A DNA stretch of 64,000 nt from a phage: the sequence record NC_135731.1; one strand, 5' to 3'. Under the pieces are notes generated by a model. It was given only the letters and a program-made list of their open reading frames with translations. It did not search any database and was not told the DNA's origin. Position numbers and translations under genes: made by a program. Shown here one piece after another: positions 29,912-39,261 of the stretch (positions are counted from its first letter, which is position 1; each line of letters opens with the position of its first letter).

Positions 29912-30922
29912 TTAGCCACCGTTTTTCAGAGTTACTTTAACAACCAGCTCTGGACGGGTGTTAACTGCCAGCATAGAAGTTTCAGATTCAATCTTCTCTT
30001 CACGCAGGTATGCAGAATGTTTATACCACATATACAGTTCCTGTGCTGGGGTATTTGCTTCGTTAACATCGTCTGCCGGAGCAAAGTGCAGCTGGAACAT
30101 CTGATCAATACCCATCGGCAGAATGCGAGCTTCTTTCTTAGGAATATTGCCAGAGATATCTTCGATAAAGGTGATACCTTTATGCTCAAACACACGGTAT
30201 ACGCTGTCTTGACCGCCAGCACCCAGACGGCGACGCAGAGGTTCCTGAGCAGAGCCGTAATAGGTGTATGCCAGTTCTACCAGCGGGTGATGGGTAATAG
30301 CACTGAAGAACTCTGGTGAGCACAGGGCTACGATGCGATAGCCAGCTGCGTTATCGCCAGCTTGCAGCGCGATGTGCAGACGAGCTTCTTCCAGAACCTC
30401 CATAGGATCCTGATCTGCTTTTGCAGGGTCAATTTCAACAGATTTCTGAGACACACCCCACAGAGTGTAGTAATCATACTGGCAGGTGGTGTCACCAGGT
30501 GCATAGGATTTACCTAGAATAGCCTGGAACAGCGCTTTCTCACGCAGTGCTTCATGAGAAACACGGATACGGCGAACAACGCGGGTTACTACGTCCTGAA
30601 CAGTTTTCGGAGCATCAGGGGTGAAGTAACGACGGAAGTTCTGAACATCTGCTGCGGTAATGCCTTTGTCCAGAGGGAAGAACGGGATGTTCAGGTTTTT
30701 AACCTGAGCACGTTCACTACCAACGTAGTTACGCTCACCACCACGACGGCGTGCCGGAATGTCGGTTACAACTTCATCAACACGTTCGATCTGAGCAATT
30801 GTTGAGGTGCCAAGGCGAGTTTCGAACAGATCCATACCGGTAATCAGGCGAAATTGACGCGGAACAAGGTCCAGAGTAGCACCTAAATCAACAATGCCAA
30901 ATTCATCTTTACGAGTAATCAT
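29912..30922 (-). CDS. major capsid protein
   Basis: 336-aa ORF following scaffold and small decoration-like genes, the same order as Nu3-D-E in lambda-type head modules; followed by a strong terminator; family not verified. Confidence 0.6.
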   Translation of the reverse strand: MITRKDEFGIVDLGATLDLVPRQFRLITGMDLFETRLGTSTIAQIERVDEVVTDIPARRRGGERNYVGSERAQVKNLNIPFFPLDKGITAADVQNFRRYFTPDAPKTVQDVVTRVVRRIRVSHEALREKALFQAILGKSYAPGDTTCQYDYYTLWGVSQKSVEIDPAKADQDPMEVLEEARLHIALQAGDNAAGYRIVALCSPEFFSAITHHPLVELAYTYYGSAQEPLRRRLGAGGQDSVYRVFEHKGITFIEDISGNIPKKEARILPMGIDQMFQLHFAPADDVNEANTPAQELYMWYKHSAYLREEKIESETSMLAVNTRPELVVKVTLKNGG

Positions 30923-30970
30923 TTATTTCTCCAAAGTAAAACTTAAATATTTTCCCGAACAATTTAGGGC

Positions 30971-31360
30971 TTACTCTTCACCAAGAGTCTGGACGTGAAC
31001 TTTGTTACCCAGAGCTTCCAGCTTTTCAAGAACAGCCTGCTTAGCTGCTTCACCGTTAGACCCTAGCAGTTTATCTTTTGCAAAGGTAACACCGTGAACT
31101 GCAACAACCAGTTTATATTTCTGACCTGTTTGCAGAGGCTCAGCGAGATGAACTTTTCCTGCATCTTTTACCAGAGCTCGGTCTACAAGAACACCATAAA
31201 CGTCTGAGCCATCATCGTTAGCGATAGTGCCAGTTTTTGTTACAACAGTACCAGCATGATGGTGCTCTGTCAGTGTAATTTCCATCTCTTTAAAATTGTA
31301 GCCAGCATCGCTAGAATCAACTTTGCCGAGCACGATATCAGAATATTGAGCGGTAATCAT
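30971..31360 (-). CDS. putative head decoration protein
   Basis: 129-aa ORF between scaffold and major capsid genes, the position of gpD in lambda-type head modules; no sequence confirmation. Confidence 0.35.
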   Translation of the reverse strand: MITAQYSDIVLGKVDSSDAGYNFKEMEITLTEHHHAGTVVTKTGTIANDDGSDVYGVLVDRALVKDAGKVHLAEPLQTGQKYKLVVAVHGVTFAKDKLLGSNGEAAKQAVLEKLEALGNKVHVQTLGEE

Positions 31361-31380
31361 TTATTTCCCCCGTTAATGTC

Positions 31381-32358
31381 TTATTTGTTAGATTCTGCAC
31401 GTGCACGAGCAAGTGCTTTTGCAACGTTTTCAGCAAGAATTTCTTCTGCGGATTTTGCAATATCATCCACAACAGGTTCGCCATCATTACCATGTTCAGT
31501 GGTGGCAAACTCTTCTTTAGTTTTATGCACCTCTGCTTCCAGCTCTTCAATTTTTGCTTGAGCTTTCTCCAGCATAGCTACGATAGGTTCGTTAGCTTTT
31601 TCCAGCATGAAGTCAACCAGGGTTGCGTGATCTTCTTCACCAACAAAGCTTAAAGCTTGAGCCTTAGTCAGCATTTTAGCTTTTTCAACTTCAACCTGGG
31701 CCTTGATGATTTCTTCAGCTTTACTCTGGGTTGCTTTCAGCTCTTCTACTTGCTTCAGCAGATCCAGATACTCTTTAGTTTTGGTTACGTCCACCGGATT
31801 CTCCTCGGTATTTGCGGATTTTGCAACATCATCCACCTCGGTAGTTTTATCCACCTCAGCAGGTTCCTGTACCGCCTTGATCAGGTTCCCTTCTTTATCG
31901 AAGAGATCAGCGGTTACTTGTTCAAAAATCTGTTGTGTTTTTAACAGGCTGTACTGATCTACCACACTAAGCTGCTTGCCTTCTTTTGCAGCCTTATGAA
32001 TGGTCACGTTATCACAACGCTCTTCCAGCCATGCAATACAAGACTCTGCGTCAGCTTGCGCCCATTCCCAATCAGGATGCTCTTTAGCCCAAGCCTCCTC
32101 TTCAATCTCAAAACCAAGCATGTGTGCAAGTGCTTTAGCATCATCATACCACATATCGAAGAAACGACGCAGGTATTCTTCAAAACTAAGCTCCACAGTA
32201 ACTTGGCGAAGTGCCTTAACAATATCGTCTGTTAACTGCTCAGGCTTAAGATCACTCTTCATCAAAAGAGATACAGGTCTGTTGTTAGCGCTATAGCCTT
32301 GCGCCTTGTGGCACAGGGCAATCCCCTTCTCTTTAATAGTAATCGTTTTTTCAGACAT
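31381..32358 (-). CDS. head scaffolding protein
   Basis: 325 aa, highly charged (E/K-rich) helical protein between protease/portal and capsid genes. Confidence 0.55.
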   Translation of the reverse strand: MSEKTITIKEKGIALCHKAQGYSANNRPVSLLMKSDLKPEQLTDDIVKALRQVTVELSFEEYLRRFFDMWYDDAKALAHMLGFEIEEEAWAKEHPDWEWAQADAESCIAWLEERCDNVTIHKAAKEGKQLSVVDQYSLLKTQQIFEQVTADLFDKEGNLIKAVQEPAEVDKTTEVDDVAKSANTEENPVDVTKTKEYLDLLKQVEELKATQSKAEEIIKAQVEVEKAKMLTKAQALSFVGEEDHATLVDFMLEKANEPIVAMLEKAQAKIEELEAEVHKTKEEFATTEHGNDGEPVVDDIAKSAEEILAENVAKALARARAESNK

Positions 32359-32933
32359 TATTCATTGCCCTCTTCTACAACACTGATCCCGAAGTTTACG
32401 TTGGTAATTTCACCAGTTTCTTCATCAACATTACCTGTTGCCTGAATGCTTAGGCCACCAACAATGCCAGCCTTCTTAGCTTCCCATAATTCAGGATTAT
32501 TGTATTTAACTTTAGCAACCCAAGAGCCAGCCTTGATGACCTGCTCAGTGCCAATCACTACAACATCAAACTCTTCTTGAATCCACGTCTTTTCAATGGT
32601 GAAAGCATCTGTAGAGGTCAAGTGGAAAAGGTTCTCAGAAACTAGGCCTGCGGCGTATGCTGCGTCCCAGTTATCTTTGGCCTTTTTGATGGTGTCTTTA
32701 CTCATCCACTCACCGTGAGCATCTTTAGTGTCAGGTTCGTAGATGATTTCGTAGGAAATCATTTCTTCCTGTGGCATCTTATTCCCCATGTGGATTATTT
32801 TATCACGCCAAAGGAGGTTTTGCAACCCCCTGTGTTGATAATTTTTAATTTTCCATGTTGGATATGGAATTATCTCTGGTTGATGACATCTTAGAAGTGC
32901 CGTTGCCAGTGGATCCTGCAGCCATTCCATCAC
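32358..32933 (-). CDS. putative prohead protease (XkdF-like)
   Basis: segment YEPDTKDAHGEWMSKDTIKKAKDNWDAAY resembles XkdF-type putative phage proteases; ORF as listed overlaps portal end, so real start is probably an internal Met near 32777. Confidence 0.4.
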   Translation of the reverse strand: MMEWLQDPLATALLRCHQPEIIPYPTWKIKNYQHRGLQNLLWRDKIIHMGNKMPQEEMISYEIIYEPDTKDAHGEWMSKDTIKKAKDNWDAAYAAGLVSENLFHLTSTDAFTIEKTWIQEEFDVVVIGTEQVIKAGSWVAKVKYNNPELWEAKKAGIVGGLSIQATGNVDEETGEITNVNFGISVVEEGNE

Positions 32934-34401
32934 CAGCCCTACTGATGTCCTGGCCCAAAAGCTTCATCAGCTCTTCCTGATCCATGTCCTCGTCAAATCT
33001 TTCATCAAACCCGCCTACTTCAAGAATCTTATTAATTACTGCAGGAGTTTTTGGCAAGTAACCTACAGCACCGATCCTCTGGACAAACTTGGAGAAGCTC
33101 TCCATATCCACTTCTTCAATCAGACCAGGTTTCAGTTTAGGCATATCATCATCTTCGAGGATGATACCATTCAATGCCAGAAGCTGTGGAATAAGATCTT
33201 TATTGAAGGCCTCAGTGATAATATCTATATCACGCTGAACAAAATGACCATGGATAGACTGTTTTGACTCAGACAGAGAGAAAGATCCGACGTTATCGTT
33301 ACCGAGGTTAATAAAGCCAGCACCGAAACGGTCAAGAATCGCCTTCTTACGGGCATCAATCAAATCTTTAGTGGAATACTGCTTACCCATACCGTCAACC
33401 CCTTTCAGGGTCATGGAGTAAAGCTCTTTACCAGACTTATCTCTATCAGACGGGAGTATAAAGAAACTTTGCTCACCACTATGGGCGTTTGCTGCGTCAA
33501 GCATAAGGTCTGCAACCATTCTCCCTTCCATTGAATTCGGGTCAATGCTGGCCTTGTTCAAAATATTGGAAGGAATTTTCAGCTCAAGCACACCACCAAG
33601 GTCTTTGGAACAGCCAACAACCTCAAGGTTTTCAATCAGAACTTTCTCACGGAAAGATCTGTAGCAACCTATCATCGGTGACACACCCGCAGGGTTAGAT
33701 TCTGTTCCTGACAGGGTCATGAGCATAAGCTTTTTAGCAGGGATGAAAATTTCAGGCTCATTAAAGCCTTTTGAAGGCATTGCAGCAAGAGGTCCAGCCC
33801 AGCGTGCATTCTGAGTGTTTAGAAATGCATTAGGTGACTGATAAATACCTGTCAGTGTTCTACTATTCTTGTCAAAGACAAACGGCTCTGATCTGGACAG
33901 ACTGGCCTGAGGTCGGAATGCAATTTTATCAATAAGAAGCATCCCGGCATATTTACCTTCTTTCTCTCTGCGGTATACTTTCTCAAACAGTGAAAAACCA
34001 TACTCGTTAAAGGTAGCTGCGCTTCTTGCAATATCCCGAAGGGTTTGTTGGTTTGCCAAATTACGCAAAGAATACTCTATAAGCTCGGCAGCTTTCTTAG
34101 AGTCTTCACTTTTAACATTATAAAGGATCTTAAAATCATTGAACGCTTTCGTGATGAAAACATATTTTGTATCTAAGGCAGTAGCAACTGTGGAATCACA
34201 TTTCATAGTCTCCACTGTGGCAATCAGCTGAGGCCAACGCAATTCCTCAACCATCATAGATTGCGATTCTGCCATAATTTGGGAAAGTGCGCCAGAACCG
34301 ATCTCACTCATACGAACATTATGAGTTGGTGCGCCTGCGTTCCCAGATTTATTCACAGTTTTGGCTGTGGCGTTGTGTTTCCTGCGGTTCTTTTTGGACA
34401 C
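32845..34401 (-). CDS. portal protein
   Basis: 518-aa ORF directly downstream of large terminase and upstream of protease/scaffold; assignment by size and conserved head-module order. Confidence 0.6.
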   Translation of the reverse strand: MSKKNRRKHNATAKTVNKSGNAGAPTHNVRMSEIGSGALSQIMAESQSMMVEELRWPQLIATVETMKCDSTVATALDTKYVFITKAFNDFKILYNVKSEDSKKAAELIEYSLRNLANQQTLRDIARSAATFNEYGFSLFEKVYRREKEGKYAGMLLIDKIAFRPQASLSRSEPFVFDKNSRTLTGIYQSPNAFLNTQNARWAGPLAAMPSKGFNEPEIFIPAKKLMLMTLSGTESNPAGVSPMIGCYRSFREKVLIENLEVVGCSKDLGGVLELKIPSNILNKASIDPNSMEGRMVADLMLDAANAHSGEQSFFILPSDRDKSGKELYSMTLKGVDGMGKQYSTKDLIDARKKAILDRFGAGFINLGNDNVGSFSLSESKQSIHGHFVQRDIDIITEAFNKDLIPQLLALNGIILEDDDMPKLKPGLIEEVDMESFSKFVQRIGAVGYLPKTPAVINKILEVGGFDERFDEDMDQEELMKLLGQDISRAGDGMAAGSTGNGTSKMSSTRDNSISNMEN

Positions 34402-34503
34402 AAGCTTTACCCCTCAAAACAGTATAACAAAATAGCCCTCGTGTTAGAGGGCTAGTATCTCCGATTACTCTATTCTACCACATCTAATTAAGATTGGCAA
34501 CAC

Positions 34504-35289
34504 TTAGATAAAACGCTTGAACATAGAAGGTGATGAGATTGATGGAATCACACAAGGAAGTGCTACCTCCTCTTTCTCCAGGAAATTAATCGCAGAAGCT
34601 ACACAGTCGGCCCAGTCGTCTTTTCTGTTAAATGTTGATCTTTCCCCGTTGAATTTTTCAAGTTCAGTCAGAAATGCTTCCAGAGTATCAGGATGGAAAC
34701 TGGATTTTACAATCCTCACCATTCCTTGTTGGGCAAGATTGGCAAAAGGTGAGAACCTTGTCAGTTTAGATTTGTTGGAAGGCATCGGGTCTTCTTCAAC
34801 CCTGAACCCTTCGGCGAGCAAGGATCTGGAGGAGGTTAAGAACTCACTCTTACCTGCCTGACCGGGGTCCACAGAGAATACGATTATACAATCATCACCA
34901 TCAAACTGCGCCTGTTTCCTGATGATCACATCTCGTTCACCAGCCTTTTTACAAAACTTACCTTCCAGACCTGTGGAATACCTCCCGTCATCCACGTTCT
35001 CAGGACAATAATCACCGGACAGGTAATAAAAGCCGTCACTATCTTTACTTACCTTAACACTGGCGGTAAAGTCAGGAAATTTATTACCGGAAGTTCTCTC
35101 GGTTCCTGCCTTATCCCATGCCCTGCAAGATACTGATCCAAGAGGTACTCTATCGGCATCACGAAGGAAAGATCTTTGAAAATAGTTTGCACCCTCAGGC
35201 TTTGCAAACCAGTTACCATGGAGAAGCTGAGCTTTTTCCAGCTCTGGTAGACCTTCGAGGAAAGCAAGGTATTCTGGGTTGTCTCTCAA
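34504..35289 (-). CDS. terminase large subunit, exon 3 (C-terminal nuclease domain)
   Basis: begins RDNPEYL..., continuing the terminase sequence that stops at ...FIGATI in the 36281..36571 fragment; acidic residues consistent with RNase-H-like nuclease domain. Confidence 0.7.
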   Translation of the reverse strand: MRDNPEYLAFLEGLPELEKAQLLHGNWFAKPEGANYFQRSFLRDADRVPLGSVSCRAWDKAGTERTSGNKFPDFTASVKVSKDSDGFYYLSGDYCPENVDDGRYSTGLEGKFCKKAGERDVIIRKQAQFDGDDCIIVFSVDPGQAGKSEFLTSSRSLLAEGFRVEEDPMPSNKSKLTRFSPFANLAQQGMVRIVKSSFHPDTLEAFLTELEKFNGERSTFNRKDDWADCVASAINFLEKEEVALPCVIPSISSPSMFKRFI

Positions 35290-36286
35290 ACAGACAGGAT
35301 TATCGAATCCTTATATTCAAAGGTGGTCGCAACACCACCCTCCGCACCATTACGTGCTGCTGCATGTTACCATGCAGAGTAGACTATATCACCACCCATC
35401 TCAGGGTGCTTCGCTTTTCGAGCGCCATAAGCTTGCGCCCTACTCCCTCTCGGGATAGTCGTTGAACTACATTACCAATCGTAATTGTTTGAAATATAGG
35501 TGTAAGTCTTACGGTCTTTTATTCCTTTAACAACACTAAAACTTACTCCCCACTTCTTAGCTATTTTATTTACACACAAAACCCTATCACTAAGATCCTC
35601 GCAGATACCTATTATCTTGTGCTCACTTATCCTATTAGAGGTTGGCACTTTTCTAAAGTTAAACTCTTTAGAAATATCTGGGTATACTGAGCCATTCTTT
35701 ATACCACTTACAAGTGGTTGATTGACACCAAACATTTCACAAATGTCTTTTACCCTTGCACCTTGCTCTAACAGCCTACATATTTCAAGAGCAGTGGCAT
35801 CATCTAGGGACCTGTATTTATTGACATAGTCCTTTTTAAGTCCCATTTCATGAGCGTGATGTGTGTTTTCCTCAGGCGTTGTCCACTCAAGGTTCCATGC
35901 GGCGTTATTCAACTTATTACCATCCAGGTGGTTTACTTGAGTTTTCACGCTGGGATTATCATTATCAACAAAAGCCATAGCGATAACTCTATGGACTAGC
36001 ACTTGGAACTTTTTCCCGCCCTCGCACAAAGTGACCATAGCATAGCCAGTCTTTTTCTGCACATTAGGATGGAGGAATTTATTAGAATACAGACTGTAAA
36101 TTCTGCCATCGTATGTAGCACAATAATGATTGTAGCCTAAAAAGCCTAAATTTCTCATTTCAAACATCTCCCTACTACAGGTTCGGAAGGGTAATTATAG
36201 CTGCTGATTGTCCGTTTAGCAATCGGATTTTCCAGCAATTAACGAAGTTATTCGACGTGCATTTCTGCACGAAGCCACTATCATTT
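35287..36286 (-). mobile_element. group I intron 2 in terminase large subunit gene (bounds approximate) carrying an HNH homing endonuclease ORF
   Basis: minus strand contains group I core elements in order: P-like UAAUUGCUGGAAAAUC (plus 36226..36241), Q AAUCAGCAGC (36200..36209), HNH ORF, R GUUCAACGACUAU (35455..35467), S GAUAUAGUCUAC (35379..35390); interrupts a gene that is contiguous in other phages. Confidence 0.65.
35472..36167 (-). CDS. HNH homing endonuclease (intron-encoded)
   Basis: HNH motif NHLDGNKLNNAAWNLEWTTPEEN plus C-terminal helix-turn-helix-like DNA-binding region; located inside intron 2. Confidence 0.75.
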   Translation of the reverse strand: MFEMRNLGFLGYNHYCATYDGRIYSLYSNKFLHPNVQKKTGYAMVTLCEGGKKFQVLVHRVIAMAFVDNDNPSVKTQVNHLDGNKLNNAAWNLEWTTPEENTHHAHEMGLKKDYVNKYRSLDDATALEICRLLEQGARVKDICEMFGVNQPLVSGIKNGSVYPDISKEFNFRKVPTSNRISEHKIIGICEDLSDRVLCVNKIAKKWGVSFSVVKGIKDRKTYTYISNNYDW

Positions 36287-36571
36287 AATGGTTGCGCCTA
36301 TGAACGAGAATGACAACGGTCTTGGCTTGATCTCTACACCCAGTCCGTTAACCGTGGTGTATTTCTCTATCAACTCTTCCTTAGAGTCTCCCCAAATAAA
36401 TTCACCGTCGCGTCGGATAAAATATCTTTTCTTACCGCATTTTTCCGGATCTGGATACCCTTCATCGTCCAACCACCATCTAACCAGTTTGGCAAGCATG
36501 TGTTCTGAATCGGGGTTACAGCTGATAACCATTCTTGATGGATACTTTGACTGAGATCGCAGACGAGACAT
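36281..36571 (-). CDS. terminase large subunit, exon 2 (middle fragment; ORF track includes intron-derived flanks)
   Basis: contains ATPase C-motif region RMVISCNPDSEHM and ends ...SFSFIGATI; open frame bounded by intron sequences on both sides. Confidence 0.65.
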   Translation of the reverse strand: MSRLRSQSKYPSRMVISCNPDSEHMLAKLVRWWLDDEGYPDPEKCGKKRYFIRRDGEFIWGDSKEELIEKYTTVNGLGVEIKPRPLSFSFIGATIK

Positions 36572-37487
36572 CAGGTAGTCTATCTGCTCCCATTCGAATT
36601 GTGTCGTTTATGTTCAGGCAAGGTCGCTAGTCTTGCCCCGCCATTTTCAGGCAGCTGCATGTCTCCATGCAGACCAGACTATATCTTATGAATGTGTAAA
36701 TACTCTGCCGCTCTAAGAATAGTTTCCTCATCTTCTTGGAAGAAACCTAAAGCTCTGTTGCATTTATCACAAAGCAACCCTCTTACAGCACCAGTTTTAT
36801 GGTCATGATCAACACAAAAGAAATCTCTGTACCCTTGCGTCCTATACTCATCGAGAGATATTCTACAAATGGCACACTTATGATCTTGATCTGAGAGTAG
36901 ACGATAGTATTCATCTTTTGTTATGTGAAATTTCTTCTCAATCTGATAAAACTTTTCACACATCTTACACCTGTTCGTAACCAGATATACTTTACCATAG
37001 TCACGTTTTGTGTAAAAACTATCAGCGAGCATACTTTCATGACAAGATTTGCATTCAAAAAGTTCACCTTTCTTCAGCAAGTCTTGAATAAATAATGCTG
37101 CGTCATCTCTCTTAACCATATTTTTGTTTTTACGAGATCCACCCTTCCTGTAGTACATATAGCATTCCTTGCATGTACCTGAGTATCCATCCTTGCTCTT
37201 AGATGATAAAAAGAAATCATCAATAGGTAGAACTCTTTGGCAATCCATACATTTTTTAGTATTACACATTCATCCTCCCGTTTCGAATCGCTTGATTCTA
37301 CGTCTTTCGACTAGTCGTTGAACGTTCATCCTCTCGGATGCTTCGCTGCGGATTATCTAAATTAACACACTGTTACCATACCTTCGATCTCTCTTCGAAG
37401 CCTCTATTATGTTACCATAGCAGGTTGGTGGTGTCAATAATAAAGATTTCCCCGCAATTAGGGAGGTTTTACGAGAGCTACAAATTA
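36572..37487 (-). mobile_element. group I intron 1 in terminase large subunit gene (bounds approximate) carrying an endonuclease-VII-like HNH ORF
   Basis: minus strand has P-like UAAUUGCGGGGAAAUC (plus 37445..37460), Q AAUCCGCAGC (37345..37354), R GUUCAACGACUAG (37311..37323), then the ORF, then S AAGAUAUAGUC (36677..36687). Confidence 0.65.
36679..37269 (-). CDS. endonuclease VII-like (HNH-superfamily) homing endonuclease, intron-encoded
   Basis: Cys-rich zinc-binding N-terminus and endonuclease VII signature VDHDHKTGAVRGLLCDKCN; lies inside intron 1. Confidence 0.7.
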   Translation of the reverse strand: MCNTKKCMDCQRVLPIDDFFLSSKSKDGYSGTCKECYMYYRKGGSRKNKNMVKRDDAALFIQDLLKKGELFECKSCHESMLADSFYTKRDYGKVYLVTNRCKMCEKFYQIEKKFHITKDEYYRLLSDQDHKCAICRISLDEYRTQGYRDFFCVDHDHKTGAVRGLLCDKCNRALGFFQEDEETILRAAEYLHIHKI

Positions 37488-37913
37488 ACCCTCATCGAAG
37501 CAAACCATGGTATACTCAAGCCCCTGGTGGTTAAGCTTATCTTGTACATACTCCATATGGCAGTATTTTACAACAGCTCCCTTTTTGCTTCTATCCCACT
37601 TACCAGTGTTCGGATCAAACCGTGGAAAAATGAACTTATGATCCTTCTCTCTGAACTTTGGCTTAATGTTTTCAGGCAGATCACTATAAATAGCTACTGC
37701 TTTAGGCCATAGTCCACCCTCACCTTCCAACTGTGGGGTTGTTCTTCGGAACATAACCACAGAACTATGGGGGTCATCAATAATTTTAAGTGGCATCAAC
37801 TGCAAGAGGAACGACTTGCCAGACCCTGCGGCACCGCCGATTACCAAAATATCTGCATCGTTTTCTAGGATCATCTTCTGCTTTTCAGAACACGGTCCGT
37901 AAATCTTAGACAT
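37485..37913 (-). CDS. terminase large subunit, exon 1 (N-terminal ATPase fragment)
   Basis: Walker A GGAAGSGKS and Walker B-like VCFDE; frame terminates 2 codons after DE where intron 1 begins. Confidence 0.8.
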   Translation of the reverse strand: MSKIYGPCSEKQKMILENDADILVIGGAAGSGKSFLLQLMPLKIIDDPHSSVVMFRRTTPQLEGEGGLWPKAVAIYSDLPENIKPKFREKDHKFIFPRFDPNTGKWDRSKKGAVVKYCHMEYVQDKLNHQGLEYTMVCFDEG

Positions 37914-38200
37914 TAACCTCTCTCCTTTGGAAACAGTGTTCTAATATAGTCTTGCAAAATGATCAATTTAGCTCTATCATTGCTACAAGACAGATTATTA
38001 TCCCTCATAATGCCAGAATTCACTGCATCTGGAGCACCTTTCTTCAAAGGCATAGCTTTAGCAGGTGGTTTCATGGCACCTTCCGGGGGTTTAACAATCA
38101 ACCTTCCTACATCCGGAGGGTCAATCTTGTATTCTCTCTCAACGCTGGTTGCACACCCACATAATAACAAGCACACAATAAACAGTGTAGCAACTCTCAT
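37913..38200 (-). CDS. putative o-spanin (outer-membrane lipoprotein, Rz1-like)
   Basis: signal peptide with lipobox-like LLLCGC, Pro-rich mature region (PPDVGRLIVKPPEGAMKPPAKAMP); start overlaps i-spanin stop. Confidence 0.5.
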   Translation of the reverse strand: MRVATLFIVCLLLCGCATSVEREYKIDPPDVGRLIVKPPEGAMKPPAKAMPLKKGAPDAVNSGIMRDNNLSCSNDRAKLIILQDYIRTLFPKERG

Positions 38201-38595
38201 CTATCCCCCTGATTGATACTCTCATTATAAATATCTATAAGCTGATCAGGAAGTGTTGACTTCTTACCTTCAGGTGATTGGAGGTAGATAATCTGCTTTT
38301 CTCTACCTGCCCTCTCAGCTATATTTAATTTATCCTGCAGATCAGAAAGAGATTTTTCAAGGTTTTTAACCTCCTCTGCGTGGCCCATTTTAATTTTGTC
38401 GGCCTGCTTTTGTTGCTGATCAAGGATCCGTTCCCACTTTAACTCTGTTGCTGACACACCATCTTGGTAGGCATCATTAAGCTTAGAGTTAAACCAATAC
38501 ACGGCCCCAAGATAAGCTGCACCTATAGCCGCTGCAAAAACTAAACCTTTTATGATCCCTCTATACCTACTCAGCCATGTTAAACCTGAAATCAT
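38197..38595 (-). CDS. putative i-spanin (Rz-like)
   Basis: single N-terminal transmembrane helix (GLVFAAAIGAAYLGAVYWF) followed by a coiled-coil periplasmic domain; o-spanin immediately downstream. Confidence 0.55.
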   Translation of the reverse strand: MISGLTWLSRYRGIIKGLVFAAAIGAAYLGAVYWFNSKLNDAYQDGVSATELKWERILDQQQKQADKIKMGHAEEVKNLEKSLSDLQDKLNIAERAGREKQIIYLQSPEGKKSTLPDQLIDIYNESINQGDR

Positions 38596-38613
38596 TTTAA
38601 GGCTCCAGAAACG

Positions 38614-38645
38614 AAAAAACCCCGCAGCTATACAGCTAACGGGGC
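38614..38645 (-). terminator. intrinsic terminator (minus strand)
   Basis: GC-rich hairpin (plus ccccgcagctatacagctaacgggg) followed on minus strand by UUUUUU; between 38701..38970 and the spanin genes. Confidence 0.55.
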
Positions 38646-38700
38646 GGGTTAAAATTGAGTAACCTAAATAGATCGAAACTAACTAAAAGGAGACTAATAC

Positions 38701-38970
38701 TTATCGAGGCACTCGGTGGATGATTCTAACAGTAACTGCATTTTCATTCATCAAGTATGCATCTACATCTCTGTAAATATAAAACTTCTGCTCACTATCA
38801 ACAACACAAGCTACCGCCCCTTCAGAGTTGTCTTCAAAAAAGACCACCACTGCATCGCAGCTGAGTTCATGATATGACTCTCGAAGATTTACAGCCAGAG
38901 GATTGAAATCGTCACGAAAATCTACAGTATGGGTTGGATTTACACGCTCTACAATTTTAAGTGTATACAT
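38701..38970 (-). CDS. hypothetical protein
   Basis: 89-aa ORF directly downstream of the tRNA cluster on the same strand. Confidence 0.3.
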   Translation of the reverse strand: MYTLKIVERVNPTHTVDFRDDFNPLAVNLRESYHELSCDAVVVFFEDNSEGAVACVVDSEQKFYIYRDVDAYLMNENAVTVRIIHRVPR

Positions 38971-39016
38971 TTTAAAGGTTCCTTTCGTTTGTATATGTTT
39001 AAAGTATAACTAAAGG

Positions 39017-39093
39017 TGGTCTCCACGGAGTGATTCGAACACTCGACCTCCTGATCCCAAATCAGGCGCTCTACCAAGCTGAGCTACGCGGAG
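39017..39093 (-). tRNA. tRNA-Pro (anticodon UGG)
   Basis: manual cloverleaf: acceptor CUCCGCG/CGUGGAG, D arm GCUC-AGCUUGGUA-GAGC, anticodon loop UUUGGGA, T loop UUCGAAU, encoded CCA. Confidence 0.8.
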
Positions 39094-39104
39094 TATTTAT
39101 AATT

Positions 39105-39179
39105 TGGTGGCCCTGGGTGGAATTGAACCACCGTCTGGCGATTATGAGTCGCTTGCTTGAACCTTCCAGCTACAGGGCC
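39105..39179 (-). tRNA. tRNA-Met (anticodon CAU; could be a lysidine-modified Ile2 type)
   Basis: acceptor GGCCCUG/CAGGGCC, anticodon loop CUCAUAA, T arm GGUGG-UUCAAUU-CCACC, encoded CCA. Confidence 0.75.
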
Positions 39180-39180
39180 A

Positions 39181-39256
39181 TGGTGCTGATGGCAGGACTT
39201 GAACCTGCAACCTATTGATTACAAATCAATTGCACTACCAATTGTGCTACATCAGC
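39181..39256 (-). tRNA. tRNA-Thr (anticodon UGU)
   Basis: acceptor GCUGAUG/CAUCAGC, D arm GCAC-AAUUGGUA-GUGC, anticodon stem-loop AUUGA-UUUGUAA-UCAAU, T arm GCAGG-UUCAAGU-CCUGC, CCA encoded. Confidence 0.8.
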
Positions 39257-39261
39257 AAAAA

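Noticed and set aside
30971-31360. Calling the 129-aa protein a lambda gpD homologue
   Set aside because: By eye it shows no convincing similarity to lambda gpD; only its position between scaffold and capsid genes supports a decoration role, so it is reported as a low-confidence positional call.
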